Under the pieces are notes generated by a model, which saw nothing but the letters and a program-made list of their open reading frames with translations, was not told the origin of the DNA and made no database searches. The translations under genes were made by a program, and so were the position numbers. A stretch of DNA of 64,000 nt from a virus (Duplodnaviria; Caudoviricetes), in the IMG/VR virus record IMGVR_UViG_3300003320_000653, positions 6,074 to 70,073 of that record. One strand, written 5' to 3'. Within the stretch, counting starts at the first letter, position 1; every line of letters starts with the position of its first letter. Below, piece after piece: positions 26,585-35,763 of the stretch.

Positions 26585-27775
26585 ATGAAACGCCTCTACA
26601 CCAACGCAGTCGCAGCCGCTTCTCTGGCTGCCCTGGGCGCCGCGCCGGCCATCATCACGCGCAGCCGCACCCGCGATACCGCGCTGACGTTCGACAACGC
26701 CATGCTCCCCATGTCGCCGCTCGACGGCTACGGCAACATGCGCGGCAAGACCCTCGACTACGCCGTGAAAACCTGGGACGGCAAGCGCACCGTGGACAGC
26801 ACGGGCGCCTTCCTGATCGGCGAACTCGAGCGCCTCGACCAGACCATCAACACGCCGCTGGCTGCCGTCACCTGGAGCCGCGACATCGAGCTGCGCGAGG
26901 ACGTCACCATCGCCGACGAGGTGTCGAGCTTCACGCTCACGAGCTTCGGCTCGGCGGGCAGCCTGGGCACCGGCAACGGCGTGCGCAACGGCAAGGCCTG
27001 GATCGGTAAGGCAACCGACCAGATCGGTGGCGTCGGCGTGGACACGGGCAAGATCCCGAACCCGCTGACCCCGTGGGGCCTGGAGATCAAGTACTCCATC
27101 CTCGAACTCGAGTCGGCCGCCAAGATGGGCCGCCCCATCGATGCCCAGAAGTACGAGGCCCTGCAGCTCAAGCTCCAGATGGATACCGACGAGCAGGTCT
27201 ACGTGGGCGACGCCACGATCCTGGTCAACGGCAACCCGGCAGGCGGACTCGTCAACCATCCGCTGGTGACCAACATCGCCAACGTGGCGAATGGTGCCGG
27301 TGGCTCGCCGCTGTGGAGCAACAAGACCCCGCAGGAGATCCTCGCCGACATCAACGAGATCATCTTCTCGGCCTGGCAAGCCTCGGCTTTCGCAGTGCTC
27401 CCCAACCGCCTGCTGCTGCCGCCGCTGAAGTTCGGCTACATCAACGCGACTCCGGTGACCAGCGCGGGTACCGGCTCCATCCTGAAGTTCGTGATGGAGA
27501 ACAACCTGCTGGTCGCCCAGCAGCTCGGCAACCTGGTGATCGCTCCTGCCAAGTGGCTGGTGGGCGCTGGCGTCGGTGGCAACATCGGCGTGAGCGGTGC
27601 CGACCGCATGGTGGCGTATCGCAAGGACAAGAAGTACGTGCGTTTCCCCATGACGCCCGTGCAGCGCACTCCGATCCAGTACGACAGCATCTACCACAAG
27701 TCGACGTACTTCTGCCGCCTCGGCGTGGTCGAAGTCGTCTACCCCGAGACGATCGCCTACCGCGACGGCTTCTAA
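26585..27775 (+). CDS. major capsid protein (DUF2184)
   Basis: GAFLIGELERLD, YSILELESA..GRPIDAQK, YVGD, GLVNHP, PNRLLLPP, VVYPET..YRDG. Confidence 0.92.
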   Translation: MKRLYTNAVAAASLAALGAAPAIITRSRTRDTALTFDNAMLPMSPLDGYGNMRGKTLDYAVKTWDGKRTVDSTGAFLIGELERLDQTINTPLAAVTWSRDIELREDVTIADEVSSFTLTSFGSAGSLGTGNGVRNGKAWIGKATDQIGGVGVDTGKIPNPLTPWGLEIKYSILELESAAKMGRPIDAQKYEALQLKLQMDTDEQVYVGDATILVNGNPAGGLVNHPLVTNIANVANGAGGSPLWSNKTPQEILADINEIIFSAWQASAFAVLPNRLLLPPLKFGYINATPVTSAGTGSILKFVMENNLLVAQQLGNLVIAPAKWLVGAGVGGNIGVSGADRMVAYRKDKKYVRFPMTPVQRTPIQYDSIYHKSTYFCRLGVVEVVYPETIAYRDGF

Positions 27776-27811
27776 GCCGCTGGGCCGCAAGGCCTTTGAG
27801 TGAGGAAACGC

Positions 27812-27837
27812 GGCCCTGGGCACTGCCCAGGGCCTTT
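27812..27837 (+). terminator. hairpin/terminator after capsid gene
   Basis: GGCCCTGGGC-ACT-GCCCAGGGCC-TTT. Confidence 0.6.
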
Positions 27838-27862
27838 GTCCCTTTTCTTTGGAGAATCCATC

Positions 27863-28303
27863 ATGGCAGCAGCCAAGAAAACCGCCGCAGCGAAGAAGCC
27901 CGGCGAAGCCAAGAAGACCCGCACCCCTCTTGCCGATGTCAAGGCCCCCGTGGTCGGCGTCGATCCCCGCGACTCGAGCCACGTGCCCGCTGACGAGGAC
28001 CTGGCGAACCGCGGCCCGACTGAAGCCCAGGCAGCAGAAGCCGAGGCCGAGCTTGCCAAGGCCAACGATGCCCCTGGTGTGGGTGGCCTGGCCAACACGA
28101 AGGCCGACCCGCCTCCGGGCCCGCGCAAGCGTGCCAAGCTGGCCAGCGAGGAAGAAGTCGAGGTCGAGCCCACGGTCAAGCATTTCCAGATGCTCGACGA
28201 CAACCAGCAGATGCACGTCTACCCGGTCGGCACCACCAAGATGCTCAAGGAGCATGCCGAGCACTGGTACGCGGAAGCCCACGGCGTCCAGATCAAGAAG
28301 TGA
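27863..28303 (+). CDS. hypothetical virion-associated protein
   Basis: GGAGA RBS; low-complexity N-terminus, C-terminal HVYPVG...AEHWY motif typical of post-capsid genes. Confidence 0.7.
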   Translation: MAAAKKTAAAKKPGEAKKTRTPLADVKAPVVGVDPRDSSHVPADEDLANRGPTEAQAAEAEAELAKANDAPGVGGLANTKADPPPGPRKRAKLASEEEVEVEPTVKHFQMLDDNQQMHVYPVGTTKMLKEHAEHWYAEAHGVQIKK

Positions 28304-28327
28304 TCGTCAACCCCTAAGGAGGCCAGC

Positions 28328-28804
28328 ATGGCCATCGAACTCCCCATCACGCCGGCCTCCTTTCGGGAGGCTTTCCCGGTCTTCGCGGATGCCACCAAGT
28401 ACCCGGACCCCGAGATCCAGTTCTGGATTGACCTCGGTAACCTCCTCGTAGCCAACGCGGCGCGCTGGGGAGATCTCCAGGGCTACGGCATCATGCTGTT
28501 CGTGGCCCACAACCTCGCACTCGAGGCCATGAGCGCGGGAAGTGGTGGCGGTGGCACCCCCGGCGCCGTAGTTGGCCCTCTCAGCTCGGCGGCCGTTGAC
28601 AAGGTGAGCTACAGCCGCAATCCTGCGGCGGCCATGGATCCCAAGAACGGCCATTGGAATCTCACGACGTATGGGCTCCGCTACATCCGTCTCGTGAACA
28701 TGGTTGGCGCCGGTCCCCTGCAGCTTGGCGTGCCTGAGGGTGGGAGCAATTACACGCCTGGGCTTGCCTGGCCCGGAGTGGTCTTTCCCCAGCCTGTGCA
28801 GTAG
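28328..28804 (+). CDS. head-tail connector (DUF4054)
   Basis: FREAFPVFAD..KYPD, LFVAHNL, VDKVSYS, WNLTTYG. Confidence 0.85.
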   Translation: MAIELPITPASFREAFPVFADATKYPDPEIQFWIDLGNLLVANAARWGDLQGYGIMLFVAHNLALEAMSAGSGGGGTPGAVVGPLSSAAVDKVSYSRNPAAAMDPKNGHWNLTTYGLRYIRLVNMVGAGPLQLGVPEGGSNYTPGLAWPGVVFPQPVQ

Positions 28805-28807
28805 GCC

Positions 28808-29443
28808 ATGGCAACGCGTCCCAGCGTCGCCGCTAAGAACGGCGTAAAGATCCTCAAGCACAAAGGCGCGCTGGAGGATCTCGTAGAAGCCCTGGGTGCC
28901 CTCACGGAGACCCAGGTGCTTGTGGGCTTCCCCGACGACACCAGCGACCGCGAGGCCAGTGGCGTCGAGGACAAGGACCTCACTAATGCTCAGCTCGGCT
29001 ACATCCATGACAACGGGGCGCCGGAGGCGCGTATCCCCCAACGGGAATTCATGCGCCCAGGTATCGAGGCAGTGCAAGATGACATTGCCAACCTCTTGGG
29101 CAAGACGGCGCAAGCCACGCTCAGGGGCGGCGGCTTGGCGGCCGTCAACGCTGGGCTCACCCAGGTGGGCTTCAAGGCCGCCAACAGCATCAAGCGAACG
29201 ATCAACGCAGGCGTGCCCCCTCCCCTGTCGGAGCGCACGTTGCGCGAGCGCCTCAAGAAGGGCCGCAAGAACGGCGGCGGCGCCCGCAAAGGCGCAGCTC
29301 AGGAACTGGACCGGCGCTGGGATGGCCAGCTTCCAAGCGTCGAGTTCGCCAAGCCCCTCGTAGACACGGGGCAGATGCGCAACGCCGTGACCTTCGTCCT
29401 CAGGGACCGCAAGGGTAAAGACAAGAGTAAAGCCAAGGAGTAG
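28808..29443 (+). CDS. neck / tail completion protein
   Basis: VLVGFP, GYIHDNG...IPQREFMRP, KPLVDTGQMRNAVT. Confidence 0.85.
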   Translation: MATRPSVAAKNGVKILKHKGALEDLVEALGALTETQVLVGFPDDTSDREASGVEDKDLTNAQLGYIHDNGAPEARIPQREFMRPGIEAVQDDIANLLGKTAQATLRGGGLAAVNAGLTQVGFKAANSIKRTINAGVPPPLSERTLRERLKKGRKNGGGARKGAAQELDRRWDGQLPSVEFAKPLVDTGQMRNAVTFVLRDRKGKDKSKAKE

Positions 29444-29445
29444 AC

Positions 29446-29877
29446 ATGCCAACCCTTGACGTTTCCTTCGTGGTGGAGGACCCCGCGTTTGCCGACCGCT
29501 TCAACCTCATGCGCAGGCAGGATGTGGTGGGGGCCAATGGCCGCACGAGCATCGTCGTCACGGACACTCTGCTGGCGGTTGTCGGCACCATCACGCAGCA
29601 GGATCCCGCCACGCTGATGCGCCAGGATTCCGAGCAGCACGTGCCGCGCCGGATCTTCCTCGCCAGTAAAACGGCCTTTCGTCCGGCCTCACGGAGCCCG
29701 GATGGCCTCACCCAATATCAGCCCGACCAGATCCTCTGGCCGGTCAACAACGATGGCACGCCGGCCGATGGGGCAACCCTCTACACGGTGGAGCAGGTCT
29801 TCCCCTACAAGCGCTTTGGCGGCGGCCTCTACGAATGCGTGGCGACGTCGATGAACGCCATGGACGTGCCGCAGTAA
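29446..29877 (+). CDS. head closure / head-tail adaptor
   Basis: Synteny, size, PDQILW and Y.VEQV.PY..FG.G motifs. Confidence 0.7.
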   Translation: MPTLDVSFVVEDPAFADRFNLMRRQDVVGANGRTSIVVTDTLLAVVGTITQQDPATLMRQDSEQHVPRRIFLASKTAFRPASRSPDGLTQYQPDQILWPVNNDGTPADGATLYTVEQVFPYKRFGGGLYECVATSMNAMDVPQ

Positions 29878-29887
29878 AGGAGGACGC

Positions 29888-30457
29888 ATGGCAACTTTCA
29901 TCCGCCCCGAGGCAGTCCCCACGCCTCTCGAAGACAACGCGCTCATCGACGCCATGCAAGCGACCGTAGTTGGCTGTACGGGCCTCCCCGGAGAGCTGGT
30001 GCGACCACGCGATCAACCAGAGCCCCCCAACCTCCCAGATTTCTCGCTGAACTGGGCAAGCCTGGGATTGAGCGTCACGGACAGTGATGTCTTCGCCTAC
30101 ATCCGCCAGATCGACGATGAGAACATCGAGCTGGAGCACGACCAGGAGATCACCCTCCTCGCCATCTTTTACGGCACCCAGGCGCAGAGCTATGTGGGCC
30201 TTCTCAGGGATGGCCTGCAGATCGAGCAGAACCGCTTCCCGCTGGGAGCCCTTGGCGTGAAGCTCGTGAGCACTGGTAGGGAGCGCCACATCCCTGCCCT
30301 GCTGAAAGAGATCTGGCAGCAGCGCTACGACCTGCCAGTGGTCTGGCGCCGCCGAGTGCGCCGCGTTTACAAGAGTGCTTCGGTGATCGGTGCCAACATT
30401 GGCCTCGATAACGAGTACTACATCACACCCATCATCGTTCGCCCTCCCACTCCCTAA
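29888..30457 (+). CDS. tail terminator / neck protein
   Basis: GLPGELVRPR.Q..PP, QQRYDL; position before sheath. Confidence 0.7.
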   Translation: MATFIRPEAVPTPLEDNALIDAMQATVVGCTGLPGELVRPRDQPEPPNLPDFSLNWASLGLSVTDSDVFAYIRQIDDENIELEHDQEITLLAIFYGTQAQSYVGLLRDGLQIEQNRFPLGALGVKLVSTGRERHIPALLKEIWQQRYDLPVVWRRRVRRVYKSASVIGANIGLDNEYYITPIIVRPPTP

Positions 30458-30466
30458 GGAAATCAA

Positions 30467-31951
30467 ATGAAGCCAAGTCTTTCTGTATCGCGCGTCGTCG
30501 CCGTTAGCGTCTTCCTGACGCAAGCCGGTGCACAGGCGCAGAGTCTTTCCAACATGCTGGTCATGGGCACGTCGACGATCATCGACCCCGTGGAGCGCTA
30601 TCGCAGCTACACGGACCTGACCGACGTTGCCAACGACTTCGGCTTGCTTGCCGAGGAGTACAAGGCCGCCCAGCGCTGGTTTAGCCAGGCCCCGCAGCCC
30701 ACCGAGATGCTCATCGCTCGCTGGGTGAAGACGCCCTCCTCGGGCGGCATCCGCGGTGCGACGCTGCCGGCCTCCAGTCAGCTCATGGCAACCTGGAATG
30801 CCATCACCGCCGGCAGCTTCAAGGTCGCCAAAGATGGCGCCGCCGCAGCCGATGTCACGGGCCTCAACTTCTCGGCGGCTGCCAACCTCAACGCCGTGGC
30901 AGGCATCATCCAGACGGCGCTCGCCGGAACGACGGTCATCTGGAACGCCAACTACCAGCGCTTCGAGATCACCAGCAACACAGTGGGTGCGGCCTCGGCG
31001 ATCAGCTTCCTGCAGCCTGCTGCCACGGGCACCGACATCTCCTCGCTGCTGGGCATGACGGCGGCCTCGAGTGGTGCCTACCTCTTCACGGGCCAGATCG
31101 CCGAGTCCGCGGTCGCTGCTGTGCAGCTCATGGACGCCATGCTCGGTCAGAAGTGGTATGGCGTGGGCGTTCCTAGCGCTGTAGATGCCGATCACCTGGC
31201 CATCGCTGGCTTCATCGAGGGCACGGCCACGAAGCACACCTACTGGCTGACGACTGCTGAAGCCGGCGTTCTTTCCACGGTGTCGACGACGGACATCGCC
31301 TACCTGCTCCAACAGCTCCGCTATCGCCGGACCTTCACGCAGTATTCGTCGAGTGACGCCTATGCCGCCTTCTCGGCGGCCGGGCGCATCCTCACGACGG
31401 ACTTCGACGGCAACAACACGGTCATCACCCTGAAGTTCAAGCAGGAGCCCGGCGTCGTGGCCGAGTCGCTGAACAACAACCAAGCCAATGCCGCCGAGGC
31501 AAAGAATGCCAACATCTTCGTCAACTACAACAACGACACGGCGATCATCGAGCAAGGCGTCATGGCCGATGGCACTTTCGTCGACATCGTCACCGGCACC
31601 GACTGGCTGGCGGTGGAGCTGCAACAGCGCGTCTACAACCTGCTCTATACCTCGCCGACGAAGATCCCGCAGACCAATCCGGGCATGGCTCTGCTGACGA
31701 CTACTTGCGAGGCGGTCTGCGCTCAGGGCGTGACCAATGGCCTTCTGGCTCCCGGCGTTTGGAACAGCAACGGCTTCGGGCTCCTGAACCAGGGCGACTA
31801 CCTGGAGAAGGGCTACTACGTCTACGCGCCGAACGTCGATACGCAAGATCCCGCCGACCGCGCGGCGCGTCTTGCCGTCCCCATCCAGATTGCCGCCAAG
31901 CTCGCCGGTGCCATCCACCACGTCGACATCGCTGTCACGGTCAACCAGTAA
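30467..31951 (+). CDS. tail sheath protein (DUF3383)
   Basis: RYRSY..L..VA.DFG...EYKAA..WFSQAPQP, TLKFKQEPGV, KIPQT..G, AGAIH.V. Confidence 0.92.
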   Translation: MKPSLSVSRVVAVSVFLTQAGAQAQSLSNMLVMGTSTIIDPVERYRSYTDLTDVANDFGLLAEEYKAAQRWFSQAPQPTEMLIARWVKTPSSGGIRGATLPASSQLMATWNAITAGSFKVAKDGAAAADVTGLNFSAAANLNAVAGIIQTALAGTTVIWNANYQRFEITSNTVGAASAISFLQPAATGTDISSLLGMTAASSGAYLFTGQIAESAVAAVQLMDAMLGQKWYGVGVPSAVDADHLAIAGFIEGTATKHTYWLTTAEAGVLSTVSTTDIAYLLQQLRYRRTFTQYSSSDAYAAFSAAGRILTTDFDGNNTVITLKFKQEPGVVAESLNNNQANAAEAKNANIFVNYNNDTAIIEQGVMADGTFVDIVTGTDWLAVELQQRVYNLLYTSPTKIPQTNPGMALLTTTCEAVCAQGVTNGLLAPGVWNSNGFGLLNQGDYLEKGYYVYAPNVDTQDPADRAARLAVPIQIAAKLAGAIHHVDIAVTVNQ

Positions 31952-31977
31952 GCCAACAATCAACCAGGAGTTAAAAC

Positions 31978-32418
31978 ATGAGCAAGACCTACAGCTTCCT
32001 CGACGTGAGCTGCTCGCTGAGCGGCCCAGGCGGCATCATCGCCCTCGGCGCCGGCGCCGCGGTCGCCGAGGAAGGCATCACCTTCACCCCGACGGGGCCG
32101 ATGAACGGCATGACGATCGGTGCCGATGGCGAGGGCATGCACAGCCTCTTCGCGGATCGCTCGGCCAAGGCCACGGTCCGCCTGCTGAAGACCTCGCCGA
32201 CGAACGCCCTCCTCTCACAGATGGTGGCCTTCCAGCGAGCCAGCGGGGCCACCCACGGCCAAAACACGTTGGCGCTTAACGATGCCAGTCGCAACGACAG
32301 CATCACCGGGCGCCAGGTGGCTTTCGCCAAGATCCCCGATCTGACCTTTGCCAAGGAGGGGGGCCTCGTCGAGTGGGAGTTCGACATCGTGCGCATGGAT
32401 ATGCGCCTGGGCACCTAA
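31978..32418 (+). CDS. tail tube protein (DUF3277)
   Basis: YSFLDV..SL.GPGG, AEEGIT, GADGEGMHS, LLKTSPTN. Confidence 0.9.
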   Translation: MSKTYSFLDVSCSLSGPGGIIALGAGAAVAEEGITFTPTGPMNGMTIGADGEGMHSLFADRSAKATVRLLKTSPTNALLSQMVAFQRASGATHGQNTLALNDASRNDSITGRQVAFAKIPDLTFAKEGGLVEWEFDIVRMDMRLGT

Positions 32419-32442
32419 GGCCTTTGCTGACAGGAGACCAAC

Positions 32443-32901
32443 ATGAAAGAAGTAACAGTCCAAGGCCACGTCTATCGAATCGGCAAGCTATCGGCGATGG
32501 AGCAATTCCACGTGGGGCGGCGCATCGCGCCGCTGGTGGCGACCTACGGAATGACGATGGATCTCGACGTCATTTTTGGCCAGAAGGCCATCGATGTCGA
32601 GCAGCTCGTCGGCAGTCTAGGGCCCATCTCCCACGTGCTGGCTGCCATGAATGACGAGACTACCGACTACATCATCGCCACCTGCCTGAAAGCAGTCCAG
32701 CGCCGCGAGGATGGCGGCCAGCAGGCAGCCTGGGCCAACGTGTCGAATGGTGCTCAGATCATGTACGCCGACATCGAGCTGCTCGGTATGGTGCGACTTG
32801 TCGTCGCCGTCCTGCGTGAGAACCTCGGGGATTTTATGCGGGAGCTGATCGAAGGCGCGGCTTTGAAAAGCTCCTCTCCTCAGGAGAAAGCTACGGCGTG
32901 A
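32443..32901 (+). CDS. tail assembly chaperone
   Basis: YRIGKLSAMEQFHVGRRIAP...ENLGDF; between tube and tape measure. Confidence 0.8.
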   Translation: MKEVTVQGHVYRIGKLSAMEQFHVGRRIAPLVATYGMTMDLDVIFGQKAIDVEQLVGSLGPISHVLAAMNDETTDYIIATCLKAVQRREDGGQQAAWANVSNGAQIMYADIELLGMVRLVVAVLRENLGDFMRELIEGAALKSSSPQEKATA

Positions 32902-33122
32902 AGATGCTCGGGATGATGGAGGGGGAAGACCTCCTCTATCGTCCCGTTCTTCGTGGCATCCTCGATCCGCGCGCTCTTGATGACGGCTCGATCTCCTTGG
33001 GCCGCATCATGCTGCTCAACGAGGCCATCGACGTCGAGGATGAGAACAAGCACCGCTTTGCTATTGCCATTGCTGAGAAGCAGAAGCGCGAGGCGGCCCA
33101 AAACAGGACCAGGAGGTATTAG
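32898..33122 (+). CDS. tail chaperone C-terminal ORF (T-like)
   Basis: EDLLYRPV...L.DGSISL..I.LLNEA.DV. Confidence 0.7.
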   Translation: MKMLGMMEGEDLLYRPVLRGILDPRALDDGSISLGRIMLLNEAIDVEDENKHRFAIAIAEKQKREAAQNRTRRY

Positions 33123-33125
33123 CCC

Positions 33126-34787
33126 ATGGCAGACGCGTCAACAATTCTCAGGGAGTACTTGGTCCGCGTTGGCTTCGCCGTCGACCAGACCGAAGGCAAG
33201 AAGTTCGAGCGCAGCCTCGCCAACTGGGACAAACGGGCGAATTTCCTGACCAAAGCTCTCTTCAGCGCGGCCTCGGCTTCCGCTGCTATGGTGGCGGCGT
33301 TTACCTACAACATGGAAAAGCTCTACTACGCGAGTCGGCGGATTGACTCGACGGTGGGCAATATCCAGGCCCTCGATTACGCCAGCCGCAAGGTCGGCGT
33401 TCAGAACATTACGCAGAGCATGGAAAGCCTAGCGCGTAACCTGCGCAGCAATCCAGGTCTTGTTGGCTTGCTGCAGAGCCTTGGAGTCTCTGTCAAGGGC
33501 CGCGACAAGGCCGATGTCATGATGGATCTTGTGACGCAGCTCAAGAAGATGCCCTTTTTCGTAGCTGAGCGTTATGCCAATCTTTTCGGCATCGACCCCG
33601 ACACCCTCTTCATGCTGCAGGATGGCCTGGATAAGTGGAAGGCCGCCAACGAGGAGCGCAAACAGTGGGCTGCTGAGATGGGCATCGACCTCGATGCCGC
33701 CGCCAAGGCTTCCGTGGACTTCAATAATCAGTGGCGTGAGGTCGTGGAACGTGCTGGGCTCTTCCGCGATGCCCTGGTCATTGCCATTCTGCCGAAGATG
33801 CTGGAGATGGGTGACGTAACCAAGGAGGTCCTAAAAGATTGGACTGCCATCGTGCAGCAAGGCGACGTCTTTGCCCGCATCATGGAGGGCCTTGGCATCA
33901 AGGGCACTGGCGGCGGCGTTGAGCTGAGCCAGGAAAGCAAGCAGCGCCTTGGCATTGCGGAGGGCGAGCAGACCTCAGCCAAAACGGGCTTTACTGGTTG
34001 GTTGCGTGGCAAGTACGAGAGCTTCATGACGGCCACGGGTGCCAAGCGCTTTAAGGCCCCGATTGCTGATGAGGCCAGCGTGGACACAGCCCAGGACAAG
34101 ACGGCTTTTCAGCGCGGCGGTACGGGGCTGCCCGCCCCCCGCGCTCCCAGCGTGGCGGCTAGTCCTTCCGCAACGATCGTGCCTCCGAAAGGATCCGGGA
34201 CTCTTGCCGATGGCGGCCCGATGCCCAGTCCTAAAGCTGGGAAATCAGAGGCGCAGCGCCAGGTGGATGCCGCCAATCAAGCGGCTCCCCTCTTCGCTAC
34301 TTTGGAGAAGAAGTATGACCTCCCTCCTGGGCTTCTGGGCAGGGTTTGGGCGCGGGAATCCAATCGCGGCGGCAACATGCTTTCGAGTGCCGGCGCCAAA
34401 GGACATTTCCAGTTCATGGATGCCACGGCGAAGCAGTATGGTCTGCAGGACCCCTATGACTTGACGCAAAGCGCTACCGCCGCCGCGCAGATGTATTCCA
34501 ACCTGCTGAAGAAATACGACGGCGACGTCAACAAAGCGGCGGCAGCTTACAACTGGGGAGAAGGCAAGGTGGACCGCTATGGCCTGGGCAAAGCTCCTGC
34601 GGAGACTCGAGGCTACATGGCTGCGATTGCCGGGAATGGTCAGCAACAGGGACCTACGATCGTGCAGAACACCAACATCACGATCAATGGCGCTACGGAT
34701 GCCAAAGACACGGCGGCAAAGGTCGAGGGCGCCCTCACCCAGGCTAACGCCGACATAACCCGCAACTTTAAAGCGAGGGTTCAGTAA
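33126..34787 (+). CDS. tape measure protein with C-terminal lytic transglycosylase (SLT) domain
   Basis: EYLVRVGF start; ARES...SSAGAKGHFQFM.ATA..YG..DPYD...AAYNWGEG. Confidence 0.88.
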   Translation: MADASTILREYLVRVGFAVDQTEGKKFERSLANWDKRANFLTKALFSAASASAAMVAAFTYNMEKLYYASRRIDSTVGNIQALDYASRKVGVQNITQSMESLARNLRSNPGLVGLLQSLGVSVKGRDKADVMMDLVTQLKKMPFFVAERYANLFGIDPDTLFMLQDGLDKWKAANEERKQWAAEMGIDLDAAAKASVDFNNQWREVVERAGLFRDALVIAILPKMLEMGDVTKEVLKDWTAIVQQGDVFARIMEGLGIKGTGGGVELSQESKQRLGIAEGEQTSAKTGFTGWLRGKYESFMTATGAKRFKAPIADEASVDTAQDKTAFQRGGTGLPAPRAPSVAASPSATIVPPKGSGTLADGGPMPSPKAGKSEAQRQVDAANQAAPLFATLEKKYDLPPGLLGRVWARESNRGGNMLSSAGAKGHFQFMDATAKQYGLQDPYDLTQSATAAAQMYSNLLKKYDGDVNKAAAAYNWGEGKVDRYGLGKAPAETRGYMAAIAGNGQQQGPTIVQNTNITINGATDAKDTAAKVEGALTQANADITRNFKARVQ

Positions 34788-35453
34788 ATGATTGGCTTTG
34801 TCGACCCGAGTCTCGACGCTGGCGACCAGGTAGTGCAAGTCACGCCGGCTCGCAGCATCGGACCTTTCACGGCACAGGTCACGATCGAAGAGCGCCACAG
34901 CGATGAGATGGTCATCACGGATCATCCCGTCGAGAGTGGCGCCGTCATCAGTGACCATGCCTATATGCTGCCCAGCGTCGTGGTTATCCGCGGTGGCTGG
35001 AGTGACAGCCCTTCGCAAGGCGGAGGCATCGGAGATCTTCTCACGGATGTCGGGCTAGGCGGCCTTTCTGGTCTGACGTCGATGACCAGCGGCGAAGGCG
35101 TGGGCTCCGTTCGCGAGATGTACCAAAACATGCTGGAGCTCCAGCGCTCGCGGATTCCTTTCGAGGTGCAGACGGGGAAGAGGCTCTACCAGAACATGCT
35201 CATCCGCCGCCTGGACACGACAACAGACAAGGAGAATGAAAACTCCACGGTAATGACGATCGAGTGCCGAGAGATCCTCGTCGTCAAGACCCAGGTTGTC
35301 AGCGTTGGCGCTCCCCCTGAAGACCAGGAGAACCCGGAGAGCACGCAGCCGACGAGTGAGAAGGGTACGAAGCAACTCACGGATGCACCTACCTACAACT
35401 CCACCGCGGGAACCGCTAGTGCTGCCGCCAGCGCAACAGGGGCAACGCAATGA
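34788..35453 (+). CDS. baseplate/tail tube initiator protein
   Basis: ERHSDE..ITDHPVESGA..SDHA, FEVQTGKRLY.NMLI. Confidence 0.8.
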   Translation: MIGFVDPSLDAGDQVVQVTPARSIGPFTAQVTIEERHSDEMVITDHPVESGAVISDHAYMLPSVVVIRGGWSDSPSQGGGIGDLLTDVGLGGLSGLTSMTSGEGVGSVREMYQNMLELQRSRIPFEVQTGKRLYQNMLIRRLDTTTDKENENSTVMTIECREILVVKTQVVSVGAPPEDQENPESTQPTSEKGTKQLTDAPTYNSTAGTASAAASATGATQ

Positions 35454-35761
35454 CCGCCTATGAGATCCCACTTACTCCTGAGCCCCAGGTCTTCAATATC
35501 CAGCTTGCTGGCGTTATCTACTACCTGACCCTGCGATGGAATGAGGAGGCGCAGGCCTGGAACCTCGACATTGCCGACGAGGACCGCAACGCCCTCATCA
35601 ACGGCCTTGTCGTAGTGACGGGCCTCGATCTCCTGGGTCAATACGCGTACCTGGGTTTTGGCGGCATGCTCATCGTCCAAACCGATGGTGATTCCGACGC
35701 CGTGCCCACCTTCGCCAACCTCGGCACGGAGGGTCGAATCTTCTTCGTCGTCAAGGATTAG
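35450..35761 (+). CDS. baseplate plug protein
   Basis: YEIPL.P.PQ.F.I.L.G..Y...LRWN, G..VVTG.DLLGQY.YLG. Confidence 0.75.
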   Translation: MTAYEIPLTPEPQVFNIQLAGVIYYLTLRWNEEAQAWNLDIADEDRNALINGLVVVTGLDLLGQYAYLGFGGMLIVQTDGDSDAVPTFANLGTEGRIFFVVKD

Positions 35762-35763
35762 CC

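Noticed and set aside
25904-28282. Very long antisense ORFs (792 aa here; also 29744-31963, 56524-58935, 20564-22051, 8915-10168)
   Set aside because: They mirror strongly codon-biased GC-rich genes on the opposite strand, have no recognisable motifs or RBS, and are the expected shadow ORFs.
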